DNA of 64,000 bases from Planctomycetales bacterium (GCA_037441675.1 JBBIRS010000002.1:105110-169109); one strand, 5' to 3'. Shown: positions 39,442 to 49,992, numbered from the stretch's first letter. A program made the numbers and translations. Notes: generated by a model from the sequence alone, not told the origin.

Positions 39442-40491
39442 TTAAAGCAATTGCGCTAGAATTTCCTTCTGTTTTTTATGCCTGGCGGAATACTCCTCGA
39501 CCCTTTCGTAAAACAGTTTTCTATCAAAGCGAGAGACTGCTAGTTTCTTTAATTCTGAAATAGCTCTTCCACCAAGCCTAGCGCCAGTAAAACTTGGCAT
39601 TCCACACTCATCGCAAAAAGCAGTAATCTTGGGATCATCTCCCACGCCAACAAATGGGACACCCGCTATTAGGGAAAGGACTAATCCGTGGTATCTTTCG
39701 CTGAAGATAACCTCGCAGTTTCGAATCTTAGTGAGAAACTTTTCCGGGGGGACAAAGTTTAGAATCTCTTTGTCTAGCTTTCTGCCAAGTCGTTCTAACT
39801 TTCTCGGATTCTCCCACTCCACACGCTGAAGCACTCCTACCACAATTTTACCGTCAGGGGGAAAATCGGGAGAGCTTAGAATTGCTGATCTAATATCACC
39901 CTTCACAACAAAACCCACTTCGTAATGTTCATCCTGCACTTCAGAATAAGGAATCTCTGGTAAACTGGCAAAAACCGCGTCAGACGCGAGAAACCTCCGC
40001 TCAGAAGGAAGAACATCCGCGACGAATAGTGCGGTCTTCTTGTCCCGCGCAGAAAAGAATGAGGCTTTAGAGGTAATGTTCTTAGTCATTTGTGACCAAA
40101 AAGAACCATATATGGGGCCTATTCCCTGGTTTAGGAGAAATACCTTCTTACCAAGCCTCGTAAATTCCCGTATCACAGAGAGATATAAAATGAGAGAGCG
40201 AGAACTTGTCTTATTTTGCAAAAGGCTACCACCCGGAGCTATTAAATGGCTTGCCTTCTTAATTAAAACTGAATATGGAAGAAAGGGAGATATTTTGACG
40301 TACTCTACATCCCCAAGAATGCCTTTCAAATACGCTTTGTAATCTTCAGTTGGAGCAGATTTAACCGTTAATACATAGGAAAATCCTTTCCCCTTTAGTA
40401 AATCTCCGTATGCTTGCAGAAAAGACTTGAGGATTAATTCATCACCCAAATTCCCTGCACCAAAGTATCCAAGTAGGAGCGCTTCAGGCAT
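39442..40491 (-). CDS. csaB: Polysaccharide pyruvyl transferase CsaB
   Basis: N-terminal GYFGAGNLGDELIL motif and PS_pyruv_trans-like body; 349 aa; overlaps the upstream membrane gene by 8 nt. Confidence 0.8.
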   Translation of the reverse strand: MPEALLLGYFGAGNLGDELILKSFLQAYGDLLKGKGFSYVLTVKSAPTEDYKAYLKGILGDVEYVKISPFLPYSVLIKKASHLIAPGGSLLQNKTSSRSLILYLSVIREFTRLGKKVFLLNQGIGPIYGSFWSQMTKNITSKASFFSARDKKTALFVADVLPSERRFLASDAVFASLPEIPYSEVQDEHYEVGFVVKGDIRSAILSSPDFPPDGKIVVGVLQRVEWENPRKLERLGRKLDKEILNFVPPEKFLTKIRNCEVIFSERYHGLVLSLIAGVPFVGVGDDPKITAFCDECGMPSFTGARLGGRAISELKKLAVSRFDRKLFYERVEEYSARHKKQKEILAQLL

Positions 40492-42544
40492 TTCCCCCCA
40501 CCCCGTAAAGCTTCACTCTCCTAAGGAGAAAACAAAATATTTGAACGATGATATAAGATAAAACGAACGCCAACAAGCTGAGGAACAGCCCAAAAGTTGC
40601 TCTAAGGAAGCTAACCTGAAATGCTGTGTGAAAATGACAAAATGTATTCACCACGCTAGTCATACCTAACATTCCTATGGCAAGCAATAGTAAAAGGCTC
40701 CTGTGATAAGTCCTAAGGAGCACAAAATACCAAATGAACGACAGGTGACCAATAAGCTCTGTATTTCTGGGTCTAATGCCAAAAAGGGCTTCAAGGGTAC
40801 TTCTAAAGGATCGCTCTGATGTGGAAACCAGAAAACCAAATTCATTACCAGCCCTAACAACAGCAAGGGCTAAAACAGCAAATAGTAGCAGTATCAGTGT
40901 TAAGTCTAAGTAAGTTACTGGAAATCCGAAAACTCTATCCACTCTGGTATAAAAATTCTTTTCAATGGGCTTTGTGACCAAAGTTGGGAGTTCATAGGAA
41001 TAAAATAGGGCAAGAAAAACAGGAAGTACCCTAGCTAGAACAACACCCCTAAAGACCTCTACTTTGGTAAAGACAGAGATGCTATGGTAAAGGGCAAATA
41101 TGATAAGTCCACCTGCAAGGCTTAAAAGCATTACTACCCCAAAAGCGATCAATGAATGGCTGATTGGATTAAGACGAGACTTACTTGCGTTGTTTTTCTG
41201 CCTGTGGGAGAGGTATGAGTATGCGAAATTGACTCCAACTTGTGGAGCTGTAAGTGCCATAAGAAGTCCCAATCCTTCCGTTAAAAGCGTCATTTCAGGC
41301 GGAAAGTATAGACTTAAAATGAAGAGACCAAAAGCTAACAATAGCATAATAGGATGAATGAGATACTGTGCGATTTTACTCTGTGGGAAGAAAAGCCAAA
41401 AGAAGAGTATTAGGAACAGGAATATCAGCATCATAATAAATGGTTTTAACCACAACGGCAAAAATGCCATCGGATTTGACAAATCCAGTGATAGTTCCAT
41501 TCCTAGCTCATCTTGAAGCTTCTTTCTAAGTTGAGATATGAATTCTTTGTTCGTGAGAGAAATTTTTTGCGCTAGCGTATCATCGGAGAGCTTCTTAGTA
41601 TCAGCTGAAAGAGGACGAATATAGAGGATGCGCGGGTTGCGTTCTTTCACAGCACGCAAATATCTTGCCAGTATCTCATCTGTATTCATTTTGGCAACTT
41701 CTGAGGGTGTAATGCTATGAACCCAAAAGACTTTCTCCGGTGCGACGAGTTGAGAAAGTTGGGCTAAGCCTTCAACTTCAGAAAACTCAGGAACGCCTAG
41801 GTGTCCCTCTAATTCTTTGGCAACGAATGGAAGATTATTAGGGTACCCCAAAACACTATCACCTTGAAAAATGATGATTTTATTTTTCTCAGGCGACTCT
41901 GGCACAAGATTAAGCTTTTCCCTAATTCCTTCTTCAGTAAATAGACCATTGCCGCTTGGGCGAAATAGATATCCAAATCGCTTTGGATGAGGAACTTCGG
42001 GATGAAGGTATATACCAATGGAGAGCTTTTCCTCCTCCTCTTCTGGCATAAGTGGAAGAATAAGCTCTATTTCAACGTCCTGCTCGGATAAATTGATAGT
42101 AACATCATAAATTCCACTCACCTGATAGGAGAGAGTGTCAAAAATCACTTTTCGCAAGGACATTGAAAGAATATCCGCGATGTTTCCCTTCTGGAAAGTC
42201 TGGGCAGACTTCAATTTACGAACGATTGGCTCATCAAAAAGCAGAGCACGGGGAATTTTTATTTTGACATGCTTCTTGAAGCCATTCACTTGCGGAGGAT
42301 ACTGGACGTATCCCAAACTTGTCAGAGAAGCTAACGTTGCCTCACTCACTGAAATTGCAGAATTCTCTGGAAAATCAAAGAAAACTCCAGCTTTCCCTAA
42401 GATGGAAAATGCATCACCATCAAAAACCAACATAACATTTTTGAAATTTTTGTCCCATGCCACACGCTCAAATATTGAGAGAACAACAGAAATAGCACCG
42501 AGAAGTAAAAAGGCAGATATCAGAATGAGGGAAATCTTTTTCAT
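40484..42544 (-). CDS. Large polytopic membrane protein coupled to csaB (possibly DUF5693-like)
   Basis: N-terminal anchor, ~350-aa extracytoplasmic domain, then ~10 hydrophobic helices. The family assignment is from memory of csaB neighbourhoods and is not verified. Confidence 0.55.
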   Translation of the reverse strand: MKKISLILISAFLLLGAISVVLSIFERVAWDKNFKNVMLVFDGDAFSILGKAGVFFDFPENSAISVSEATLASLTSLGYVQYPPQVNGFKKHVKIKIPRALLFDEPIVRKLKSAQTFQKGNIADILSMSLRKVIFDTLSYQVSGIYDVTINLSEQDVEIELILPLMPEEEEEKLSIGIYLHPEVPHPKRFGYLFRPSGNGLFTEEGIREKLNLVPESPEKNKIIIFQGDSVLGYPNNLPFVAKELEGHLGVPEFSEVEGLAQLSQLVAPEKVFWVHSITPSEVAKMNTDEILARYLRAVKERNPRILYIRPLSADTKKLSDDTLAQKISLTNKEFISQLRKKLQDELGMELSLDLSNPMAFLPLWLKPFIMMLIFLFLILFFWLFFPQSKIAQYLIHPIMLLLAFGLFILSLYFPPEMTLLTEGLGLLMALTAPQVGVNFAYSYLSHRQKNNASKSRLNPISHSLIAFGVVMLLSLAGGLIIFALYHSISVFTKVEVFRGVVLARVLPVFLALFYSYELPTLVTKPIEKNFYTRVDRVFGFPVTYLDLTLILLLFAVLALAVVRAGNEFGFLVSTSERSFRSTLEALFGIRPRNTELIGHLSFIWYFVLLRTYHRSLLLLLAIGMLGMTSVVNTFCHFHTAFQVSFLRATFGLFLSLLAFVLSYIIVQIFCFLLRRVKLYGVGGNA

Positions 42545-42555
42545 AACTCTGTTAG

Positions 42556-42960
42556 TTAAGGCTTAAGCCCTCGAATAAAAATTTTAGCGGAATCATCAAT
42601 GACAATTCGAGCTTCATTGACAGATGCCACTAAGTATAGATGATACGGACTTAAATCCCTTGAAGTAAGTACCGTGCCTGATGTCACATCAACTATCCGA
42701 GTAGCATCCAGGTTAACCTCTCGTAAATGTAGGGGATGATCAGAAGGTTCAACCAGCAAAAACTCGGTTCCCATCTCAAGCTTTAGAAAATCCCCGGCTT
42801 TAAGATTGAGCTCCTGCCATTTAGCATACCAATCTACGTACGTCTTTGTTACAAGCGGGTCTTCCTTACTGCCTGGCTCTGGAACCTTTGCTAGAACCAC
42901 GCCTAATAAACTTATTCCCACTAGAATCAAATAAAGGATAAATAAGTATCTATAAACCAT
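42556..42960 (-). CDS. Small membrane-anchored hypothetical protein
   Basis: 134 aa with an N-terminal hydrophobic helix, in an operon between the LmeA-like gene and the large membrane gene. Confidence 0.5.
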   Translation of the reverse strand: MVYRYLFILYLILVGISLLGVVLAKVPEPGSKEDPLVTKTYVDWYAKWQELNLKAGDFLKLEMGTEFLLVEPSDHPLHLREVNLDATRIVDVTSGTVLTSRDLSPYHLYLVASVNEARIVIDDSAKIFIRGLKP

Positions 42961-43019
42961 TTAGCCTCCCATAAATCAGGTGAAATAGAATTGTAATCCT
43001 CAACTCGCTATTAAAGTCG

Positions 43020-43769
43020 CTATTCAGTCTCCGCTTCAATTACAATGTAATTTCCCTCAATAGAGAACTTCGTTATCACTAGATTCTTATCCAACTGGTT
43101 AACCTTTATCTTTGGTGCAAACCTTAGGATTAGCTTATCAAGTAATTCTGACTTCAGCTCAAATCCAGTGCCATCAGTTTTAAGCAAGTTAAACAAAATT
43201 TCTCCATCTTTCAGGGTAAACTTGCCATCAAAACTAACTTCGACGCTTTTCCCAAAAAATTCAACCTTTGCATCCACTTTCGCATCGATACCACTGCTCT
43301 CCTCCTCGGTAGCACTAGATATTTTACGTAAACTAATAGAAATGTTTCGCAATCCAAACTTTGCTCCTCTCTTAAGCCAAGCGTTAGCAATTTCCTCCAC
43401 AGCCACTCTAAACGCAACATTTGATTCCCCAGCGCTCTCCACGATTGGAGGCTTTCGAAAAATGACGTTTAAGAGGTTGACCTTTATATTCTCCGAATGA
43501 AATTCAAGATTTTCAATCCTCAGTCCTTCAATAACAGCTTCCTTTGAGCTAATATCAATAATGCGAACTCTACCGTTGAGGGTATCCAAAAGGTTCCCAT
43601 ACTGAATGTTAACATCAGCGCTAGGAGGAAGCATAAAGTGTCTACGAACTTCGTCAGGCAACTCATTCTGAATGAAGTTGTAAAGTAGAAAATAACCCCC
43701 AATTAACAGAAGCAATAACAAGATTACAAGTGAAACGAAGAATTGAAGTAGCCGACGAAGGCACCCCAA
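43020..43769 (-). CDS. Membrane-anchored DUF2993/LmeA-like protein
   Basis: N-terminal TM helix. Repeated beta-rich pattern (GRVRIIDISSKEAVIEGLRIENLEFHSENIKVNL...) resembles the LmeA-type lipid-binding family. Low-certainty call. Confidence 0.45.
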   Translation of the reverse strand: MGCLRRLLQFFVSLVILLLLLLIGGYFLLYNFIQNELPDEVRRHFMLPPSADVNIQYGNLLDTLNGRVRIIDISSKEAVIEGLRIENLEFHSENIKVNLLNVIFRKPPIVESAGESNVAFRVAVEEIANAWLKRGAKFGLRNISISLRKISSATEEESSGIDAKVDAKVEFFGKSVEVSFDGKFTLKDGEILFNLLKTDGTGFELKSELLDKLILRFAPKIKVNQLDKNLVITKFSIEGNYIVIEAETE

Positions 43770-43771
43770 AA

Positions 43772-45607
43772 CTAGCTAACCTCCACCCGCCAATCAACAA
43801 TGTCAGCTTCCTCTGGCACGGAGCCAGGTGCATTTTCCACATTCTCAAGTTGCTCCCTGCTTTCATCTATATTAAAACCGATTTTTACATCCACTACTAC
43901 GGGTTTCCCAAGCCAGTCAAGTACTCTGCCAAAATCCTCCGGGTTAGTCTCTTTATCTATGCCGGTTGTAGCGACCATAAAATCAACCAGGAATTGGCTT
44001 GGCTCCCTACCCAAGAGGTCGGTAAACTGAACGGGATCAATCTTTAACTGAATTGAATTTCTATCGACGTTTATTCCACGAAACCAAGGTTCATTCACAA
44101 TAGCTCTTGGTATCTCATCCGTCCAATAAAGGACTGCTCCTCGGAAAACAGAATCTGTTGTTCCATCTAGAATAGTTATAGAATTCCCTCCACTGCCATC
44201 AAGGGAATTCACTACCGCTAAATCCTGAAGCTCATTTTGGTCGTAATCAATTATCGCGGAACGAATCGGTAAACTACCAGTTGGCGCGGATACTGGCTCC
44301 GTGAACTGCCCATCCCCCTGTCCTAGAAACCTTCTGATTGAGTTGCTACCACTCTCAGTTACTATCAGCTCAGGGTTAGTATCGCGATTAAGGTCAAAAA
44401 ATATAACATAAGTGGGCGATAATCCAACTTGCAAAGAAGTTGCATGACTATAGGTTCCATCCGCATTGCTAAGAAAGATAGAAATGGAATTTCCCAAATC
44501 TCCATTAAAAGAATTAGCAACCGCTATATCAGCAAATGAATCATCATTCAGCCGAGCAACCGCTATGCTTGCAGGGGCTCGTCCAGTCGGAAGAGGATTT
44601 TCAAAAACAGGCGTAAAAAGTCCATCACCTGAACCCCTTAGGACAGAGATAGAATTCCCACCTTCTCCATCAAACCCGTTGACAACAAATAGGTCAATTA
44701 TCCCATCTCCTTCATAATCGTTTGCTACCACATCAACAGGCGTTTTCCCCACGGGAAGGAAAAGAGGTTTACCAAAACCTTCTTCTCCTTTCAGAATGAT
44801 AGCAATTGCATTCCCAACCTCTGAATCCGTAAAAATGGTAACCGCCAAATCCACCTTGTCATCGTTATTAAAGTCTGCCTGTGCAATTCCAAGGGGCTGG
44901 GCTGGAAGCTGAATTTTAGGACCGTTTTCAAATACACCACTGCCATCATTTAGAAGAACTTGGATTGAGCGTCCCTCTTCCGTGTCCGCAAAGTTGGTAA
45001 CTGCCAAATCGTAATCACCATCATTCTCATAGTCAAATATCGCTAGCCTTGAAGGTTCATCACCAACCGTATAATCTACTTTTGCTGAAAAAGTCCCATC
45101 CTTATTGTTTAAAAGAATGGAAACAGTATCATCATTACTGTTGACTACAACTAAGTCTGGGTAAGTGTCATTGTTCAAATCTTGAGATAAGACATCCACA
45201 GGACCACGGCCAACTGGCGTGAGTTTAGGTAAGTCTTCTCTGGTAAGCGTCCTTAGAACAGTTGGGGAGGTTGTGGGAGCATTACCGTTGAACACAACGT
45301 ACCTTTCCCAATTTTTCCCCCTATCTGGGCCAGAAACAAACGCCCAGGGCCTGCTATCCTCGTCCCTCTTGGGGGCATTGCTAAAGTTGAACACAAAGAA
45401 GTAGTAGAGGGATGCTGAGAAGTCTGCCCTTGTCTGAAAGGTTAAGAGAATTTCAACAGGTTTTGCACCGGGTGTCTCAGGTGTAGTCTTATCTCTCGCA
45501 CAGGCAGAGAAGAGTAACAATAAAAAGGTAACACCAACTATTGATATCAATTTCTCGCTAGTTCTAGCCATAACAAATGTGATTATAACAGGCGAATTTA
45601 TGTTCAA
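43772..45607 (-). CDS. FG-GAP/VCBS-repeat beta-propeller lipoprotein
   Basis: About 7 repeats of the D-x-N-x-D-x-x-x-D-L-x-V-x-N type (DLNNDTYPDLVVVNSNDDTVSILLNNKDGTF etc.). Lipobox LLFSAC. The likely start is the ATG at 45571 (MARTSEK). Confidence 0.75.
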   Translation of the reverse strand: MNINSPVIITFVMARTSEKLISIVGVTFLLLLFSACARDKTTPETPGAKPVEILLTFQTRADFSASLYYFFVFNFSNAPKRDEDSRPWAFVSGPDRGKNWERYVVFNGNAPTTSPTVLRTLTREDLPKLTPVGRGPVDVLSQDLNNDTYPDLVVVNSNDDTVSILLNNKDGTFSAKVDYTVGDEPSRLAIFDYENDGDYDLAVTNFADTEEGRSIQVLLNDGSGVFENGPKIQLPAQPLGIAQADFNNDDKVDLAVTIFTDSEVGNAIAIILKGEEGFGKPLFLPVGKTPVDVVANDYEGDGIIDLFVVNGFDGEGGNSISVLRGSGDGLFTPVFENPLPTGRAPASIAVARLNDDSFADIAVANSFNGDLGNSISIFLSNADGTYSHATSLQVGLSPTYVIFFDLNRDTNPELIVTESGSNSIRRFLGQGDGQFTEPVSAPTGSLPIRSAIIDYDQNELQDLAVVNSLDGSGGNSITILDGTTDSVFRGAVLYWTDEIPRAIVNEPWFRGINVDRNSIQLKIDPVQFTDLLGREPSQFLVDFMVATTGIDKETNPEDFGRVLDWLGKPVVVDVKIGFNIDESREQLENVENAPGSVPEEADIVDWRVEVS

Positions 45608-45635
45608 AGAAGAATGTCTTTTAATCCCAATTTCA

Positions 45636-46163
45636 CTATACTAACTCAATTATGACTTGATTGAGAGCTACATTATCACCCTTCTTCAATTTAACTTCTT
45701 TCACTATTCCTTCAACGGTGCTTCCTATTTCATTCTCCATTTTCATAGCCTCAAGCACACCCACAACCTGACCAAGTTCCACCTTATCTCCAGGCTTAAC
45801 ATATATATCAAGAATTTTGCCGGGCATAGGAGCAATTATTACCTTTTCCACAGAGGGACCAGCACTTGATGTTCTATACTTCTCGAGAAGATTTTCAAGC
45901 TCAACTTGCCTAGGAGATTTTACTTCAACTTCGTAAGACCTACCTGAATGAATGACTTCCTTCAAAACACCGTAGCGTCTTATAAACTCAAAAAAGCCAA
46001 TCGACCCCCCAATACCAAGTGTAATTGAAGTGGGTTTGGTCTCCACAATTTCTATTGGTATCTCTTCTCCGTTGCAATTAACTAGGTACGAATCTTCTCG
46101 TTCAGGGTTTACTTTTATGTCTAATTCAAATTTCTGCCCATTCACTATTACAACTAATTTCAC
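45636..46163 (-). CDS. Biotin carboxyl carrier (biotinyl-domain) protein
   Basis: C-terminal biotinyl domain with the EAMKMENEI biotinylation motif; 175 aa. Confidence 0.8.
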   Translation of the reverse strand: MKLVVIVNGQKFELDIKVNPEREDSYLVNCNGEEIPIEIVETKPTSITLGIGGSIGFFEFIRRYGVLKEVIHSGRSYEVEVKSPRQVELENLLEKYRTSSAGPSVEKVIIAPMPGKILDIYVKPGDKVELGQVVGVLEAMKMENEIGSTVEGIVKEVKLKKGDNVALNQVIIELV

Positions 46164-46203
46164 CTATTAACCACCATGTAGGGATTTGAGAAATCCAAAA
46201 AAA

Positions 46204-47748
46204 CTATAGCTCCCGCCTACCGAAAGGTTCATTCCAGCTTGAAAGTTTCTGTTTGCGCTCAGCGGAGGAATCCTCGCTAATGGTCATAGTTTGCCTTTGC
46301 GCCAAGATGTAAGACAAGGCGGAAGCGATAGCCACGCGCCTTATATTCCTCTCTTCAAACTTGCCGGTAAGAAATTTCTTTATTTCCTCCGCATTAAAGT
46401 ACCTATCCACAAAAGAAGTGGTAAATTCAGCGTTCAAGAAAGCTGGATGAGACATTACATATTGATGAAACGGAATTGTAGTTTTAATGCCGGTGATAAT
46501 GAATTCACCCAATGCCCGCAACATCTTATTTATAGATACTTCACGGGTATTGCCGTGTGAGATTAACTTGCCTATCAAGGAATCGTAGTAAATTGGAACT
46601 GTGTAACCCTCGTAAACATGTGTGTCTAAACGGATCCCATTACCCATAGGTGGAATGAATCTGTTAATCTTTCCTAGGGTTGGAATAAAATTCTTAAGAG
46701 GGTCTTCCGCGTTTATTCTTGCTTCAATGGAATGCCCGCTGAAACGGATGTCCTCCTGCGTATAGGATAATTCTCTTCCCTCAGCGATATAAATCTGCTC
46801 ACGAACCAAGTCAGTGTTTGTTACCATTTCAGTAACCGGATGCTCAACCTGTAACCTAGTATTCATTTCAATAAAGAAGTAGTTTTTATTATTATCAAGA
46901 AGAAATTCAACGGTTCCAGCGTTAATGTAACCTGAAGCTTTAGCAATTCTAACAGCAGACTCCCCCATTTCCATTCTCAAGGAGGGCGAGAGGGCTGGGC
47001 TTGGAGCCTCTTCAATGAGTTTTTGATACCGCCTTTGAATTGAGCATTCCCTCTCACCTAGATGAATAACGTTTCCGAACTGATCAGCAAGTATTTGAAA
47101 TTCAATGTGCTTTGGATTTTCTACATACCTCTCCAGGAAAAGAGCGTTAGAACCAAAAGCAGTTTGAGCCTCGCTTTGAGCAGAATGAAATGTTGTTTCA
47201 AGGTCTGATTCTTTTTGAACTATGCGCATACCCCTGCCCCCACCACCCGCAGCTGCCTTTATGATAAGAGGCAATCCATGCTTCTTGGCGAAACTTCTAG
47301 CTTCATCTACCGTGGTTACAGGTTTTTCGGTTCCGGATATCACAGGAACGCCAACCGACTGAGCAGTCTTCTTTGCGAACAATTTATCTCCAAGATCGTG
47401 AACGTTCTTCGGTGTAGGACCGATAAATATAATCTTCTCGTCCGAAAGAGCCTGAGCGAACTCTTCGTTCTCAGCCAAGAAACCGTAACCAGGATGAACA
47501 GCATCAACTTTATACTTCTTGCATATATCTATTAGAAGCGGAATGTTAAGATAAGTTTCCTGGGGAGTATTGCCTGGCAAGCGTTCGCCAAACTCACTTA
47601 AAACAATATGCAGTGCGTTATGGTCAGCGTCCGAGAATACAGAAACAGTTTCAATACCAAGCTCTCTACACGTGCGTATAATGCGTACGGCTATCTCACC
47701 TCGATTTGCTACAAGAATTCTTTTTATTCTCTTAAGTCTTGTCGCCAT
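46204..47748 (-). CDS. accC: Biotin carboxylase subunit (acetyl-/propionyl-CoA or pyruvate carboxylase family)
   Basis: ATP-grasp motifs GGGGRGMRIV and EMNTRLQVEHPVTE. 514 aa with a C-terminal extension, so the substrate class is uncertain. Confidence 0.85.
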   Translation of the reverse strand: MATRLKRIKRILVANRGEIAVRIIRTCRELGIETVSVFSDADHNALHIVLSEFGERLPGNTPQETYLNIPLLIDICKKYKVDAVHPGYGFLAENEEFAQALSDEKIIFIGPTPKNVHDLGDKLFAKKTAQSVGVPVISGTEKPVTTVDEARSFAKKHGLPLIIKAAAGGGGRGMRIVQKESDLETTFHSAQSEAQTAFGSNALFLERYVENPKHIEFQILADQFGNVIHLGERECSIQRRYQKLIEEAPSPALSPSLRMEMGESAVRIAKASGYINAGTVEFLLDNNKNYFFIEMNTRLQVEHPVTEMVTNTDLVREQIYIAEGRELSYTQEDIRFSGHSIEARINAEDPLKNFIPTLGKINRFIPPMGNGIRLDTHVYEGYTVPIYYDSLIGKLISHGNTREVSINKMLRALGEFIITGIKTTIPFHQYVMSHPAFLNAEFTTSFVDRYFNAEEIKKFLTGKFEERNIRRVAIASALSYILAQRQTMTISEDSSAERKQKLSSWNEPFGRREL

Positions 47749-47753
47749 AATGT

Positions 47754-48743
47754 TTATGAAGTGGCTAGGATTTTTACCAATTCAGAAATTATAGCCTCAG
47801 CCGCGGAATAAGTATCTATTTCACCAGATTCCACAAGTTCTGAGTATTTCTCGTGCAGTTCGTGAAGAGCCTTATTTTCATTAAGGGACATACGCACTTT
47901 ACTCTCCACGATGAATCTGAGCTCGTTCATTATCTGCCTTCTTCTACGCTCCTTCTGAAGTCCCCTGTCCTTGAGGAACTTCTGATGTTCATAGAAAGCG
48001 TTCAAGATTTCACTCACGCCCTCACCGCTAATTGAGCAAGTTTTTATTACTGGCGGTATCCAGTTTAACTTATCCTCAATTGATGATAGCAGCAACGAAA
48101 CTTCACTAAAAAGACCGTCCGCACCGGGGCGGTCAGCTTTGTTTATTACGTAAATATCAGCTATTTCCATTACTCCGGCTTTCATCGTTTGAATCCCATC
48201 TCCGCTTTCAGGTGAAAGAAGTAGAACAACGCTATCGGCAATATCCACAATATCAAAGCCGGTCTGCCCCATCCCTACTGTCTCTACAATTACAATGTCG
48301 CTAGTGAAAACTTCAAGTATTCTAACCACATTTGCAGTAGCAGATGAAAGACCGCCAAGACTTCCCCTGCTTCCCATGCTTCTTATAAAGACGCCATCCG
48401 CCATTTGAGCGCTGTCCATCCTAATTCTATCTCCTAGAATGGCTCCTCCAGAGAAGGGAGAAGTGGGGTCAACCGCAACGACAGAGACCTTCTTACCCTC
48501 ACCATGAAGAATTTTAATGAGCTGATTAATTAACGTGCTTTTCCCCACGCCGGGACTTCCAGTTATACCTATTCTCGGCTTCTTAGCATAAAAGGGTGAG
48601 ATGCCCTTTATAAAAGCTCTAGCGAAATTAGAATCATTTTCAAGAAGAGAAATTATCCGACCAGTCGCCCTTACGTTTCCTTGCCTCACTTCATTTATTA
48701 GGCTATTCAACTCGTCCGCTGTTACTGTTGCTTCACTTGTCAC
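47754..48743 (-). CDS. meaB: Methylmalonyl-CoA mutase-associated G3E GTPase (MeaB/ArgK)
   Basis: P-loop GSPGVGKSTL, G4 motif INKADRPG, 329 aa. Confidence 0.85.
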   Translation of the reverse strand: MTSEATVTADELNSLINEVRQGNVRATGRIISLLENDSNFARAFIKGISPFYAKKPRIGITGSPGVGKSTLINQLIKILHGEGKKVSVVAVDPTSPFSGGAILGDRIRMDSAQMADGVFIRSMGSRGSLGGLSSATANVVRILEVFTSDIVIVETVGMGQTGFDIVDIADSVVLLLSPESGDGIQTMKAGVMEIADIYVINKADRPGADGLFSEVSLLLSSIEDKLNWIPPVIKTCSISGEGVSEILNAFYEHQKFLKDRGLQKERRRRQIMNELRFIVESKVRMSLNENKALHELHEKYSELVESGEIDTYSAAEAIISELVKILATS

Positions 48744-49992
48744 TAGGCATATCTCCCTTTATTACACCACTTTCTACATTTGAATCTATCGCTTCCCTTG
48801 TCTTTCTAACAGAAGGCCTAGCTCCAAAGACAAATATTTTTTGACTGCTAATATCGGTCACAAAAATCTCATCGTTTTCAGAGATTGCAATTTGGTTAGG
48901 TTGGCGCATTTCAACGTGCCGAAGGCTAAATAATGGCGTAAAACGTGGCGAGAATGCTATTACTTCCGGTTTGTTTGGAGACGCGTCTACGAGAAAAACT
49001 ACTCCATCCTTCATCACTGCTATATCAATTGGGTCATCGAAAACAGGAATGGGCGTTTCTCCTATCCTGGCATTTATAATCTTTAGTACTTCACCATCTC
49101 TAGAATAAATCTTTATTCGCTTATTCCCCCTATCAACTGTGAGAATTTTGTCACGGAAAAATGTAACACCTGAAATCGCATCAAATTGATTCTGCCCACC
49201 GCCTGCAGATGTCCAATCGAGATAAGCGCGCTGTCGGCGTTCCATCGTTGGTTCTGAAAATACTTTTTCCAGGAAGTAAATATAGTTACTCTTGTGTCTA
49301 ATATTACTCGTAAATAGAATCTCCTCGCTAAACACGTCAACGGTGAAGAAACAGTTATTTAGCGTATCGCTTATAACTGTTACACCCTCCTCGTCAATAT
49401 CAAAGGATATAGGGAACAGAGCGGGAATCTTTATCCTCCCCAGGGGAATCCCCGTCATTGTAAAACGCATTATACTTGGCACAAGACGAGCCTTATCTCT
49501 GTTTGGTTCTGAGTACAAGTTGTTAAGCACAAACACTTCATCTTGAAAAACTGCAATATCCGCGGTCCTAAAGAGAAGATTTGCGTTAAGAGCGGTAATA
49601 GCAACTGGTGAATTGAGTTCCTCTTCACTTGCATTAACGTTTCTTGCCATTTCCGATTGCGAAGAGGTTGTTTCAGCTAAATTAACACCGCTACCAAATG
49701 AATACAAGAATTCCCCATCAGTGGTAAACACCTGAACTCTAGAGAGGACTGCGTCACCCACATACACCTTGCCTTCCGAAACCGCAATTCCACTAATTAA
49801 CAGAAACTTACCATCTTGAGTTCCGGGACCCCCGAATAGACGGAGAAAGACTACATCTAGAACCCCTGAAACATTTCCTCTGCTATTGCTCATCTCAACT
49901 CTTCTATATTCCAGCTCAGGGCTTACAGGGCAAGATGATAAAAAGCTTGTTAGCATCAAGGCAGATATTAGTAAAGGAATGATTCTCATCAA
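48733..49992 (-). CDS. NHL-repeat beta-propeller lipoprotein
   Basis: Lipobox FLSSC. Repeated NHL-like blades (GIAVSEGKVYVGDAVLSRVQVFTTDGEFLYSFG; VTFFRDKILTVDRGNKRIKIYSRDGE). Confidence 0.65.
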   Translation of the reverse strand: MMRIIPLLISALMLTSFLSSCPVSPELEYRRVEMSNSRGNVSGVLDVVFLRLFGGPGTQDGKFLLISGIAVSEGKVYVGDAVLSRVQVFTTDGEFLYSFGSGVNLAETTSSQSEMARNVNASEEELNSPVAITALNANLLFRTADIAVFQDEVFVLNNLYSEPNRDKARLVPSIMRFTMTGIPLGRIKIPALFPISFDIDEEGVTVISDTLNNCFFTVDVFSEEILFTSNIRHKSNYIYFLEKVFSEPTMERRQRAYLDWTSAGGGQNQFDAISGVTFFRDKILTVDRGNKRIKIYSRDGEVLKIINARIGETPIPVFDDPIDIAVMKDGVVFLVDASPNKPEVIAFSPRFTPLFSLRHVEMRQPNQIAISENDEIFVTDISSQKIFVFGARPSVRKTREAIDSNVESGVIKGDMPSDK

